Source of the DNA: Paraspadella gotoi
Lineage: Eukaryota; Animalia; Chaetognatha
Direction: 5' to 3'
Length of the DNA stretch: 64,000 nucleotides
Assembly (NCBI GenBank): GCA_051294375.1
Contig: CM119263.1
Span: forward strand, 8,870,908-8,934,907
Every line of letters begins with the position of its first letter. Position 1 is the stretch's first letter. Both the position numbers and the translations under genes were made by a program. Below are positions 23,421 through 36,039 of the stretch, piece by piece. The notes below the pieces were generated by a model, which was not told the DNA's origin, ran no database searches, and was given only the letters and a program-made list of their open reading frames with translations.

Positions 23421-25356
23421 TTCCTCTCTACCGTCTCTCTCCTCTCTCCTACTCACATTAATCTACAAAAAAAGGAGAGAAAATATTATGGTGCATTAAC
23501 AGTTGGTTAAATTGAAAAAAGATTCTACAGGATGAATGATAATGCCCCCTATAAAGTTCTATTGGATCCTCTGAAAATTCAGTTATGCAGAAAGTAGCCT
23601 TATTTTATGGCGCACAAGGGCCCGCCTATTGTCGGTTATATTTTGTGTGCCTAAAGCCCCACGATTGAAAATAACAATTCAAAAATTCACTGCAAAATCG
23701 ATGCCTCTCCTCCTCTTCTTTCTCTCTCTCTCTCTCTCCTCTCCGGGCTTCTCGTCTGTGTTCTCTACCTTAACGCTGCTACATCTCATGATACATACTG
23801 TCGTTCTCGAGTACGCGCGCTCTCCTCTCGATTGCGTCGTGCATAGGATCCTCCTCATTCTCATATTCTCACGTCTACTCACATAGCTTGAGAATACGAA
23901 TCACTGTCTCGAAGTATAAAAGACTGAATATAATATGAAAGCACTACGCTGCTATCCTCCTCGCCGCTTGCCCGTGCCACTCAGACGAGCGCGATCTCAC
24001 AACAAAGCTCCTCATACCACTCTCGGCTCCGTTATCAATGTGACGAACTTGGACAGGAGCGAGGTGCGTAATCTCTCTCTGTACGCCTCTTCTCTCTCTA
24101 ACTTTCTCTCCTCTATCCTCTCCGCCTCTCGTTCACGTGCTTCCGCTCTACGTCTCTACCACGCTTCCCTCTCTCTTTTTCTACCTTCTCCCTTTCCAAC
24201 ATCTGATTTTATTCCTTGTTCCACTATTCCGCGTGATCCGACCACGGCAGTGAGCGGGGCATATGCCCCTAATGTCGTTTCGCGTACGGAGGCCCCGGCA
24301 AGTTCCCCGAGCGCCCTGCCCGACAGAGGTCACGAGTGGAATGACTTGAGCCTGAAATCACCCCATGGATCAACGCCGTGATGACATTATACGAAGCCGA
24401 CTACCGGATTGACGACTGTGAGGCGGTTTCTCGACGCATTGATTGTCTCTCTCTCTCTTTCATGTTCCCTTCTCTATCCCCTCGAAATTCCTCGTCTTTA
24501 ATTACCTCTCCCAGGCTCTTGCCAAACGAATGATTCCATCTTTACGTCTTATTCCTTCTTGTCTATCCCTTTATTCATCCCTTTCTCCTGACTTTTCTTT
24601 TATGCTTTATATTCTGGTTTCTTCCCTTCTCCTTGTTCTTCCTCTCCTATTTCGTGTTCTTTACTTTCCTTGTGCCTTTCATTGCTCTATTGCGTCTTCT
24701 GGCAGCTCGGTCTTTCTTTGCCTTCCTTCCCTCGTATAGTTGTCTGATTCTTTCTTTCATATATCTTTCTTCTGTGTGCTTTCTTGTGCTATTTCTTCTT
24801 ATAAACTTTCTTTCGCCTTCTCTCTTACTTTCTCCTTCCATTGACCATTTTAAAACCACACAAAGAAAGAAGAAAGAAAGAAAGAAAGAGCTCATGTTAC
24901 GAGAGAGAGAAGATCCGCAGATAGAGAGAGAGGAGAGAGAGAGAGTGGAGATCCCGTACCGAGACACTATGAGAAATGATGTAACGCGTGAGACGACGAG
25001 ATAGCAGAGAGAGAAAACGCCGACGGAGTACCTCCCGCTCTCAGGACCCTGACGCGCGATGTATTGTGTGACGCCAAGTCGGCTGCGTTTTCAAAAAGTT
25101 CGAGAGTTGCTGCCTGACACGCACGAGCAGAGGAGAGGCCATTGACGTTTAAAAGTCTCGCGGTGGGAAACCATGATGGATATTCGTTTATTTCCGAGGA
25201 GCGGACGAGAGGAAAGAAGAGAGAGACCAAGAAGACGTAGCTGGAGACGAGAGACGAGAGAGAGACGAAGAGATGAGAGCAGAGAGAGAGAGAGAGAGAT
25301 GAGTTAACATTAAAAGAATCGGGTCGTCTGGTGCTTGACCTCCGCCATCGTGAGTC

Positions 25357-25780
25357 AAAGAGCCAAGTGATGTTTCCGCCCATTTCTGACGCCGGAAGAA
25401 GAGAGACAAGAAAGACACTTTGAAGATTGATGACGCAATCATTGATTTCCTCGACGTCCGAGTCGAGATACGATGCCATTTATGGAACCATTAACGGTGA
25501 TCTCCTGGAATCTGAAATATCGCTAGGCGGATGGGGTCCTCGCGTTGTTCGGACGAAAATGTCCTGGATAATTTTCGTCGGCGGACTTGCCTGGCGGACA
25601 CAACAGTCATTTCTTGGGGCCATTATGCTTCTCGAGAACGGCGAAGAATTAGGAGCTGTCAACGAAACGCGTTGGAAGAACGAAGACCACGGCGACAACG
25701 ACGACGACGCCAAAAGCCAAAGCCGATTTGACCCCTTTTTAGCCAAATCTTTGACGTACAGGAGCCAAAGGGTCACCAGG
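25357..25780. other. GC-richer, exon-like island of unknown identity
   Basis: Several open frames (e.g. 25427-25783 +) and a CAG|GTGAAA at ~25780. The two copies disagree by indels, so frame and strand are unresolved. Confidence 0.25.
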
Positions 25781-26159
25781 TGAAACTTCCGAGTTTGCGG
25801 CCAAAATTGGCTGAAAGTCAACTGGGTGGACATAAAAAAAAAGAAGGGAAGACAACCAGAGACATAATGGGAGGATTTAAAGGCCAAAAATGAAAAGGCA
25901 AAAGACTATGTTCGCCAAAATAAGCACGGCCGAACGGCACAATTACATAAAATGGTCATAGTCTAAGGAAACAGAAACTTGATTAAGGGAAGCCACGTTG
26001 CCAGAGACAAAAGTAAAAAGGCCAAGAGGCCAGAAGAGAATCAAATTGGCAAGAGGCCAAAACGCCGGAGCCAACAGGGCAAGAGGCCGTAAGGCCGGCG
26101 TGGAAAGGAGAGGCAGCGATAAGGCAAAGAGAAATTCGGTTTTCGGTTAAGAAAAAGGG

Positions 26160-26410
26160 AACAGGGAAAAAAAGGTGAAAAAGGAAAAAAAAGGTGAAAA
26201 AGGGGAAAAAACGTAAAAAAAGGGAAATGGTGAAAAAGGGGAAAAAAGGTGAAAATGGAAAAAAAAGGTGAAAAAGGGAAAAAAAGGTGAAAAAGGAAAA
26301 AAAAGGTGATAAAGGGAAAAAAACGTAAAAAAGAGGAAAAAGGTGATAAAGGAAAAAAAAGGTGAAAAGGGAAAAAAAAGGTGAAAAGGAAAAAAAAAGG
26401 AAAAAAAATC
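26160..26410. repeat. ~20-bp tandem repeat (AAAAAAAGGTGAAAAAGGG-like)
   Basis: About 12 imperfect units; source of the FSPF/FFTF pseudo-ORFs. Confidence 0.9.
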
Positions 26411-26549
26411 CGTGGATAAATCGATCGTCACGAGTTTCCGTTACGACGAGACACCAACGAATTTCTTCCATTTGCCTCCAGCTTAAAACTCAGAGAAAAC
26501 TTCCAGTAAAAATCGTTTGTAATTAAATTTCCAAATTAACGGACTATGG

Positions 26550-26752
26550 CAATAGGACGAAAGCCAGTGATACCCGGGGCGTGGGGTATGTCACCAACTG
26601 GCGTAGGTGCTGCGGACCCTCAGAGACAGCCTCCTGTCACTGTCATGTTTAGACCGGCTCCGTCACATTTAAGCCAGAAGCGAGATACCCAGGGATTGAA
26701 CCCGGGACGCACGGCTGTAACGGGATGAAATAGCCTGCTCAGCCATTGAGAC
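26550..26752 (-). mobile_element. tRNA-derived SINE-like element (Pol III head)
   Basis: Minus-strand A box TGGCTGAGCAGG (26745-26734) and B box GGTTCAATCCC (26702-26692) with a CCGGG/CCTGG T-stem but no acceptor stem. 3' end uncertain. Confidence 0.55.
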
Positions 26753-27492
26753 GAGGATGAGGACGGACAGCAGTGAGGCAGCTTTAAGTCTTGCTGCGAC
26801 AGGATAATAAATATTCTATACTGAGAGTACCATTATTACTAACGAGAGAGAGAATACCAATAAACCTAAACCTAAAAAAAAATATTTTCTTTTTCTCATT
26901 CTATCTCTCTCTCTATCCCTCTCCCTCTCTTTCTATCTCCCGCTCTTCCTCTCCCCTTCCCTCTNNNNNNNNNNNNNNNNNNNNNNNNNNNNNNNNNNNN
27001 NNNNNNNNNNNNNNNNNNNNNNNNNNNNNNNNNNNNNNNNNNNNNNNNNNNNNNNNNNNNNNNNNNNNNNNNNNNNNNNNNNNNNNNNNNNNNNNNNNNN
27101 NNNNNNNNNNNNNNNNNNNNNNNNNNNNNNNNNNNNNNNNNNNNNNNNNNNNNNNNNNNNNNNNNNNNNNNNNNNNNNNNNNNNNNNNNNNNNNNNNNNN
27201 NNNNNNNNNNNNNNNNNNNNNNNNNNNNNNNNNNNNNNNNNNNNNNNNNTTCTATCCCTCTATCTCTTTTTCTCCTCCATTTACCCATTTATTACATCCT
27301 TCTCCTTATTTCCCGCACATTCTTTCCCATATTCCCAGCCGACCGGGAAAAGAAATTTTACGCCCAAGACAGAGAAACATTTGCATCTTAACTGAGAAAG
27401 GAACTGCAAATACAGAGAAACATGTGCATCTTTAACCCTGAGAAAGAACGCGCAATTAAGAGCCGCTACAGAAATTCTCTCTCTCTCTCCTC

Positions 27493-27526
<34 letters not shown>

Positions 27527-28519
27527 GTCTCTCTCTTCTCTCTCTTCGCNNNNNNNNNNNNNNNNNNNNNNNNNTCTCTCTCTCTCTCTGTGTAATTTGA
27601 GCCGTCTCATAACGTCTCCAACCAATTCGCTTTAAAACGTAAACAAAACAAACTCGAAAACGATGAGTCTTGAGAATGGGTTTACACCTCTTCAAAATGT
27701 TAATGATATTACGCCAATTTAACAAGAAATTGACTAAAAGTTCTGTCGCTCCTATATGTTTTTAAAAAATCTGGTTTTATGGTCAGTGCATAAAACAAAC
27801 TTGCCATCATCAGATATCTCATCGACTTATCAAATCGTCTGATAAGTTTAACGAATAAAAAAAAAATACATCATAATATCGTAAACAGTATAAAGCCATA
27901 TTAATAAATCGTTATAAGCAAACCCGTCTGAATTTTAGACTTTTAGCATTGCTCTTTGTATCACCAACTTTGATCGCTAAATACTTTTAAAACTAAAAAT
28001 TAAGTTCGATTCAATTAGCCATCGTCGATGCAGCGTCGTCGTTGTCATCGTTGTCGCTGTTCGACCCAAATGAAGCTCAAAATGATCGTTTTCTCATTCG
28101 TTTTAAATGAGGTTTCGCACAGACTCGCTAATGTGGAAGTTTCGAGTCACGTAAAACTGGTTCTTAAAACTAAGAAACTTTGAAATCAACTCATGTCTAT
28201 CCGAACGTCAGTGAAATGAAACTTAAATCTGTTGATACTTCTCTAATTAAACGGTCATTCCGTTTTGATTAAATTTAAATCCTCTGCATAAAGCCGCTTT
28301 CCTCGGAAGGTATATAAGCGAGTTTATCGACGAGAAAAAAAAGTAATGCGAACTTATCTCGGGGAAAAAAAACTGGGTTGGGGATAATATTATGTCCTCG
28401 TCGTCGTCATCGTCGGAGACTCGGAGCTTGTTGACGCGAAACAATATTGACATTTGCATATTTGCGTCGGAGTACATGTTTTCTCTATCTGTTTCTCTCT
28501 TCCTCCATTACCTTTTCCT

Positions 28520-28551
<32 letters not shown>

Positions 28552-29283
28552 TCTCTCCTCTTCTCTCTCTCGTCTCAAAAAAAAAAAAATAAAAAAAAAA
28601 AATTATGCGAACACAAGAAAATTGGCGTACATAACTCCGTAGGCATTATTTTTAATTTAAGTTCAAGAAGAAAAAAAATGGTAAGAAAAATTAAAAACCA
28701 ACACGGTTAAATATTAAAGCGCACGGGGGACGGGGTTGTCGCCATGTATAAAAAAAGAATTATTTCAGCTAAAATTAAATATTGAATGATGTACGTCTAT
28801 AATTAAAGATACCGACTTGAACTAAATTTTGACAAATGAAATGACGTCTTCAAAGGAAACGAAGAGGAAGAAAAATATCGAGCCGCGATCGAACAGATGG
28901 CGCTGAGGAGGAAAGGCAGAAAGAGGAAAAGGACTAATTAAAGGGAGAAAAATTGCATATTTAAATCGGGTTTAGTATTGTTAAATTATCCTTTTACGTA
29001 ATTACATCACGCTTTGGAATGAGTTGATTGAAGCAGTTATCGACGAATGAAGCTAAAAGGAAACTGATTTGTTTTAATTTGGGAGGAGGGGAGCTCATTG
29101 ACGACCCGTCGCTAGCAATCCCAATTTAAATTCTTTAAATTGTATTGCAAACGCAACGAAAAAGAAAGGAAATAATCTTTAAATATACTTTATGTAACTG
29201 TGATGTATTATTAAAATATTTCCGCTACTCTATTGCCGATTTTCAGGTCATCGACGCGTAACAACGACAAAAACAACGAATAA

Positions 29284-29348
<65 letters not shown>
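29284..29348. repeat. (GAC)n microsatellite
   Basis: About 21 perfect units. Confidence 0.95.
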
Positions 29349-29350
<2 letters not shown>

Positions 29351-30274
29351 TCTAAGACAAACAACACAACTTTTACCTTCGGGCTGTAAACAAACTTGAG
29401 GAAAAACGAAAACAAAAAAACATAACGAAATTATTACTCGCGCTGGAGATGACGGGTCCTCGACGCTTTTGGGGAAGTTCCAATGTTTTTCGTTATTTTC
29501 AAATTTGTTTTCTCATGAAGTCATGATTTATTTTCCCTTCTTTTCGTCGGAAAACAAAAGTTTTTGAAGAGAAACGAATTCGCAAAACTAATGTTTTTTT
29601 TCCAGACGTTGAGGGCTGACGGTTCGAAGGCTGAGTTTAAATGGAGTTGGCAGAACCAGAAGAGAATTTGAAAGTTTTTTGGATAAAAAAGTTTAAAAAA
29701 AGAAATGTAGATAACAGCATATTTAAACAATCTGTCGTCGATGTGAAAGCTAATTATTCAGAAGAACTTGATTTGTCATTTTCTCATTTTTTTGGCTTAT
29801 TCCATCCCTTGAAGAAGAAAGAAGGGAAAGAGTTCGATTGTAACATTTATTGAAGAGAGAATGATGACTCCACAAACTTTGTTGAACCCCCTCTTCTCTC
29901 TCTCTCTCTCNNNNNNNNNNNNNNNNNNNNNNNNNNNNNNNNNNNNNNNNNNNNNNNNNNNNNNNNNNNNNNNNNNNNNNNNNNNNNNNNNNNNNNNNNN
30001 NNNNNNNNNNNNNNNNNNNNNNNNNNNNNNNCCTGCCTCTCCCTCCCCGATTATTTCTCTTTCATTTCTTCTCCCTGCGATCTCATAAGTTCTCGAAGAA
30101 CGATAATAAAAGTTTCCCATTTCTTCCATTAACTACTGTTCCCAAACGTTGTCTCCAGTCGAAAACGCCGGAATCTCTCTCTCTGTCTTTCTCTTACACA
30201 CTCACACACACTCTTTCTTTCCTTCCTTATTTTTCTCTTTCTTTCTTTCTATATTTCTTTTTTTTACTCTTTTT

Positions 30275-30305
<31 letters not shown>

Positions 30306-30772
30306 NNNNNNNNNNNNNNNNNNNNNNNNNNNNNNNNNNNNNNNNNNNNNNNNNNNNNNNNNNNNNNNNNNNNNNNNNNNNNNNNNNNNNNNNNNNNNNN
30401 NNNNNNNNNNNNNNNNNNNNNNNNNNNNNNNNNNNNNNNNNNNNNNNNNNNNNNNNNNNNNNNNNNNNNNNNNNNNNNNNNNNNNNNNNNNNNNNNNNNN
30501 NNNNNNNNNNNNNNNNNNNNNNNNNNNNNNNNNNNNNNNNNNNNNNNNNNNNNAAATAAAGAAAATAATTGATAACGAGAAGAACTCAAAAATCATTTTA
30601 AAAAAGAAAAGCAGTATCACTGACTCACCAAACTTTGCTTCACTGCAAAATGACTAACAGAATCTCTCTAAAATCCTTCTGAGTGACCAACGAGAGCAGC
30701 TATCTTCAAGTTCAACATAAAGATTTTATTTTTGCTGGAATGGTTTACGGTTTGTTTGGAGGAAAGCTCAGC

Positions 30773-30889
<117 letters not shown>

Positions 30890-31987
30890 TTTCGAGTGTT
30901 GGCTCAAGGTCGACCCAGAGTTTTTGGCCTCCGTGGTAAGAAGAGTAACTTTTGAAAACTCGTTCGCCCTGCAACAGAGACGAACATAACTCTTTGGGCA
31001 GATACNNNNNNNNNNCGATTTTTTTTCTTTCACAGGAACAAGCTCTTAAGAATTTCTTTCAGTCAGACAAAGAGGCCAGTATCTGATTCAAAACGTTGGA
31101 TCATCCGTAGACTACTACGACCAAATGGAATTTGATGTGACACAAATGAAAGATAAGAAGAGTATTTTGACAAGAAATTGTACAATGAATTAACTAATGG
31201 AGAAAAATACAGAGACAGAAAGGATATAAAACAGTAAAGAAAAACCAAAAGCCTCGTTATCGGTGTTCAGCTTCCGGATACTGATGTAATTAGCATCGCT
31301 ATTTTTATTGAATTTTTTATAAAATTATACAAACTATTTTAGCAACAGTTCTTTCAACCTGATGGAGAGAGATGTTCTGGGGGCAAAATCGCGTCTTTGT
31401 TGCAGAAAAAGGCGAGAGAAAAAGAAAAGTGTGAGATAAAAAAGTAATTAAGAAAGAAATAAAAAAAATGAAAAAGGAAAAAATAAGAAAGATGAGCCAA
31501 ATGTAGAGGAAAAAGGAAAGGAAAGGGAGAGAGAGAGAAAGAGAGATAGAGAGGCAGAGGCAGAGGGAGAGAGAGAGAGATAAAAAATATAGAGAGACTT
31601 CGCAAGAGTGAATCACAAGAAAGAGAAAAAGCAATTTAAATTTAAAAAGACAATATTTAAAACATAAAAGAATCAAGAAAAGACAGAGTGAGTAAAAAAT
31701 TATTACCCAAAGAAGACAAAATTACAAAATAAAAAGAAGTTACTTCAATGAGTTGAACAATAAAGATTTGAATTATAGAAAAGAAGTGGGTGGAAGAGAT
31801 AAAGAGAAAAACATCTTCCAAAGGTTGACTTATGAGTTTTGCTGACGGGAAATCTTCTCGTTAAACGAAACAACAGATTTACTGTTAGTTTTGTAGTAGT
31901 ACTGGTAGTTTTTTTTCTTGATGTCTCTCTTTGTCCAATATTCTGTTACTTCGTCTCTGACGTTTTTATCTTTACTCTTCTCTCTCA

Positions 31988-32018
<31 letters not shown>

Positions 32019-33609
32019 GCATACTATTCTTTTCATCAGATCAGAAAGCAGAAAGTATAGCGGTGAAAAGGAACAAGAGATAAGTAGGCTGCATGTCTGG
32101 CTGGGGATAAATAATGATCGTTGAGAAAGGGCCACTGCGGCTGTAGATTTTAAGTTNNNNNNNNNNNNNNNNNNNNNNNNNNNNNNNNNNNNNNNNNNNN
32201 NNNNNNNNNNNNNNNNNNNNNNNNNNNNNNNNNNNNNNNNNNNNNNNNNNNNNNNNNNNNNNNNNNNNNNNNNNNNNNNNNNNNNNNNNNNNNNNNNNNN
32301 NNNNNNNNNNNNNNNNNNNNNNNNNNNNNNNNNNNNNNNNNNNNNNNNNNNNNNNNNNNNNNNNNNNNNNNNNNNNNNNNNNNNNNNNNNNNNNNNNNNN
32401 NNNNNNNNNNNNNNNNNNNNNNNNNNNNNNNNNNNNNNNNNNNNNNNNNNNNNNNNNNNNNNNNNNNNNNNNNNNNNNNNNNNNNNNNNNNNNNNNNNNN
32501 NNNNNNNNNNNNNNNNNNNNNNNNNNNNNNNNNNNNNNNNNNNNNNNNNNNNNNNNNNNNNNNNNNNNNNNNNNNNNNNNNNNNNNNNNNNNNNNNNNNN
32601 NNNNNNNNNNNNNNNNNNNNNNNNNNNNNNNNNNNNNNNNNNNNNNNNNNNNNNNNNNNNNNNNNNNNNNNNNNNNNNNNNNNNNNNNNNNNNNNNNNNN
32701 NNNNNNNNNNNNNNNNNNNNNNNNNNNNNNNNNNNNNNNNNNNNNNNNNNNNNNNNNNNNNNNNNNNNNNNNNNNNNNNNNNNNNNNNNNNNNNNNNNNN
32801 NNNNNNNNNNNNNNNNNNNNNNNNNNNNNNNNNNNNNNNNNNNNNNNNNNNNNNNNNNNNNNNNNNNNNNNNNNNNNNNNNNNNNNNNNNNNNNNNNNNN
32901 NNNNNNNNNNCTCTTCCTGTCTCTAAGTCGTCCCATTGATACGGGGTCCTTCCAGAGGCCGTCCTTGAACTTCCTCTCATCTGCAAGCGGACGAGAGAAG
33001 TTGCAGTCGCTATTTATTTTATTAGTTTAAACAGGAGTCAACTGAGATGAATGAGACGAGGAGAAAAAAGGAAAGAGACGAGGGAAAGAAAGAGAAAAAA
33101 GAAATGAGGAGGAAGAGAGCCGACAATTCGTACGGCGTGGAGGGCTAGCGACGAGATGGAGCCGGAGGCGGGGAGGGGAAGCCGAGCGACACCAGAGGCG
33201 AGGTGAAGGTGACGGGATGAGCAGCAGGCGAGGCAGAAAAGACAGACGGAGGATAGATGAACGCCGAGTGCGGGGGCTGAGTGCCCGACGACAGAGAGAG
33301 GAAAAAAGATGAGGACGAGGAGAGGAGAGAGGACGAGCCAGACTCGAGAGAGAAAGAGACGAAGAGCAGACGAGCGAGAAGAGATGAGAGGGAGACGAGA
33401 GAGGAGAAGAAAGATAAAAGATAGAAGTCGTGGACGCATCGCGACCTAGTAGCCGGGCTGCAGAGCGACAAGATAAGAGCGGATAAAAGAAGCATGGTAC
33501 AGTCGTGAGAGCACTCAACTTGGAGAAGACACGAGAGAGAAGGAGATTGAGAGGAGGATCGAGGGAGAGAGACGAGAGAAAGACACGACATGCGAAGAGA
33601 GAGAGAGAA

Positions 33610-33762
33610 GAATTTGAATTTGAATTTATTCAATGGGCTTTAGGCACAAAATAAAACAATAGGCCATAAAAGCTACTTCATTACATTTTAAGTCTACGAA
33701 TTTAGGCTCATCATGAAATCTTTCCAATTTACAATTTATGCATATATTTTTCCCTTTGTAAA
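33610..33762 (-). mobile_element. 3' end of a LINE/SINE-like dispersed repeat with AATAAA(TTCAAA)n tail
   Basis: Reverse complement of 40915-41095 and 47511-47611. Confidence 0.5.
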
Positions 33763-34589
33763 GATAGTCAGCGGATTAGTTCAAATGTTTTGAAATGTAT
33801 TTGTAGAAAAGTTCTCATGTATATTGCTCATAAATTAAAATGGCATCATTACGGAGCTTACGAACCGCTCAGTTAAGTTTGTGATTTGCTCATGCGGTTG
33901 ACTCATTGACATTAGGGCTGCTGTAAATTATACACTGTAATCAATAATTTTGAAAAATTGATATCCGTCTTGGTAGGGCTATCTTGGAACCGCATAATCC
34001 GTACCTGAAATCGCTCACGGACATGGCTAGTTCAAATCACAAGAGAATAAAAATCGTATCTATAAGTTCGAACGCGTATTTTGTTATTATTTACCAGCTT
34101 TGGCAGTTTACTTTAAAGATTATATTATTCGGAAAAATAATAATTTGCACAAACGAATTTTATTTTAATATTTTTAAATACTTTCCCTGTTGTATAGATG
34201 CTCCCTCTATTTCCAGAAGACAACACTGACTTCCCCTTCCCAAATTGAATTATTAGATAAATAAAACATTTTTAAGAAAGAAAGCAATATATATTTGAAT
34301 AAATAATAAGATTAAATACTAAATCCTTCATAAAATATAAAAATAGAAAATAGTGAAACAAGTAATTTGCAAATTTTCATAAATATTTCCCTTACCCAGA
34401 TTCAATGCTCTCTCGCTCTCTCTCTCTCTCACACACCAAATTTCTTTTCAATATCCATCACTCCATCTGGCCTAAAACTAATCCTGTCCTCAGCTCTCAC
34501 CTTTGTCCTTTTCTCAAATCTTTGTTGGTAACTTTTTCTCTCTCTTTATTTTTACATTTATATTTATTTATATATATATTTATTTTTAC

Positions 34590-34900
34590 AAATATTCATG
34601 AGCTTTTTCCCCGATTCGTTGAATTCGATTTTCTAAGCTCGATTTCTAAGCTCGAATCTTGGGCCCGGAATCGAGCATTCTTCTCGTACCGTGCTCGTAG
34701 TACAAATCCTTATGGAACCAAAATCGAAATCCTTAACATAGGGCGACTTGATTACGCGAGGAAGCGGATTTTGGGTGACGTTTTGGGCGATAACTTTTGA
34801 ATGCCTGGACCGATTTTGCTGATTTTTTGCATGAAGCGCTCGAAACGAATTCCCTATCGTTCAGTACCAAATTTGTACGAAAAAAATTTTATATAAAACT
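34590..34900. mobile_element. Possible non-autonomous DNA transposon/Helentron fragment
   Basis: Contains gataacttttgaa...ccgattttgctgattttttgcatg...ccaaatttg, a motif pattern common in invertebrate MITE/DINE-like repeats. No termini defined. Confidence 0.3.
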
Positions 34901-34949
34901 CTTGTGTTCTCGCTACTCAGCATAGATGAGAGATGATATCTAACGAGAT

Positions 34950-35445
34950 GAGACGAGAGAGGAGAGAGAGAGATATTCGAAGTGTGGCCTCAAGGTCGAC
35001 CCAGATTTTTTAGGCTCCCGTGGTTAGAAGGATGTAAAAACTTTTGAAAACGTCCGTTCGCCTCTGGCAAAACAGAGGACGAACATAACCTCCTTGGCAG
35101 ATACAAACATTGCCAAATTTTCGATTTTTTTGGTACTCTTTGCAAAGGGAACAAAGGCTCTTGAGAATATTCTTGTGCCTTTCTCAAGTCAGGACAAAGA
35201 GAGGCCCAATGCCTCTCTCGGGATGTCAAAAACGTTGGATCGTTTTCTCTCTCGAGACTACTACGGATGGCAACAAATGGATAAATTTTTTAGAGTGATC
35301 ACTGCACTTCCTCACCTAACCGGCCTCAGCTGACGTGATAAGTTTACACAAATTGAAAGATAAGAAGTAGCAGAGATTTCACTCTCTCTACACCAGATAA
35401 TTTGCCTACAATTGAACTAATGCGAGAAAATACAGAGACAGAAGA
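34950..35445 (+). repeat. Third noisy copy of ~30880-31225
   Basis: Anchors ctcaaggtcgacccaga, gacgaacataac and gagaaaatacagagacagaa. Confidence 0.8.
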
Positions 35446-36039
35446 GTGTTAAGAGAGGTACGTGCCGTCCGCGTTAGAAAATTTATATACTCCTGCGTAG
35501 CGCCGCAATACTTTCCTAATACCACAAAAACTAATAACGCGTTGCGTCTATAATGCCCATAGGGTAAACACGTATGCTCGGATTCTTGTCTTACGCTCGT
35601 TCTTAAGTGATCTTAGAAAGGTGATCATCTGAGTATCTTGTTGACAGCGCCATGGATTATTCCAATACCCGCCTCCTGGGGTCGACAGCCGGGCCAGCAG
35701 CGGCAGAAGATATAATCTTTTCACCACTCCCCGGAGAATGCCTACTACTAAGTACTGTCTCATTGACATGAACGAGTGAGAAATATGTGTTATGTTAATT
35801 ATTGTTCACCTGAAGGTTTTCTTTAACTCTGTACACTACGATCTCACCGTTAATCAACGCCCATGGGCGTTCTTCTGGAAAAGAGTCAGGGAAATATATC
35901 TTCTAGTTGCGTTGAGCTCATCGACAATACTAAATATTAAAAACTTTATATGTCTATTTAATACGGGGACTTAAAATTAAACTAAACTATAGATTCTTAA
36001 GATTTCAAACAATTTAAATCTAAACTGAAGAACCTTAAA

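Noticed and set aside
25983-26471. 162-aa Phe-rich membrane-like ORF
   Set aside because: Product of the A-rich 20-bp tandem repeat.
26680-26752. Genuine tRNA gene
   Set aside because: A and B boxes are present but the acceptor stem does not pair; treated as a SINE head.
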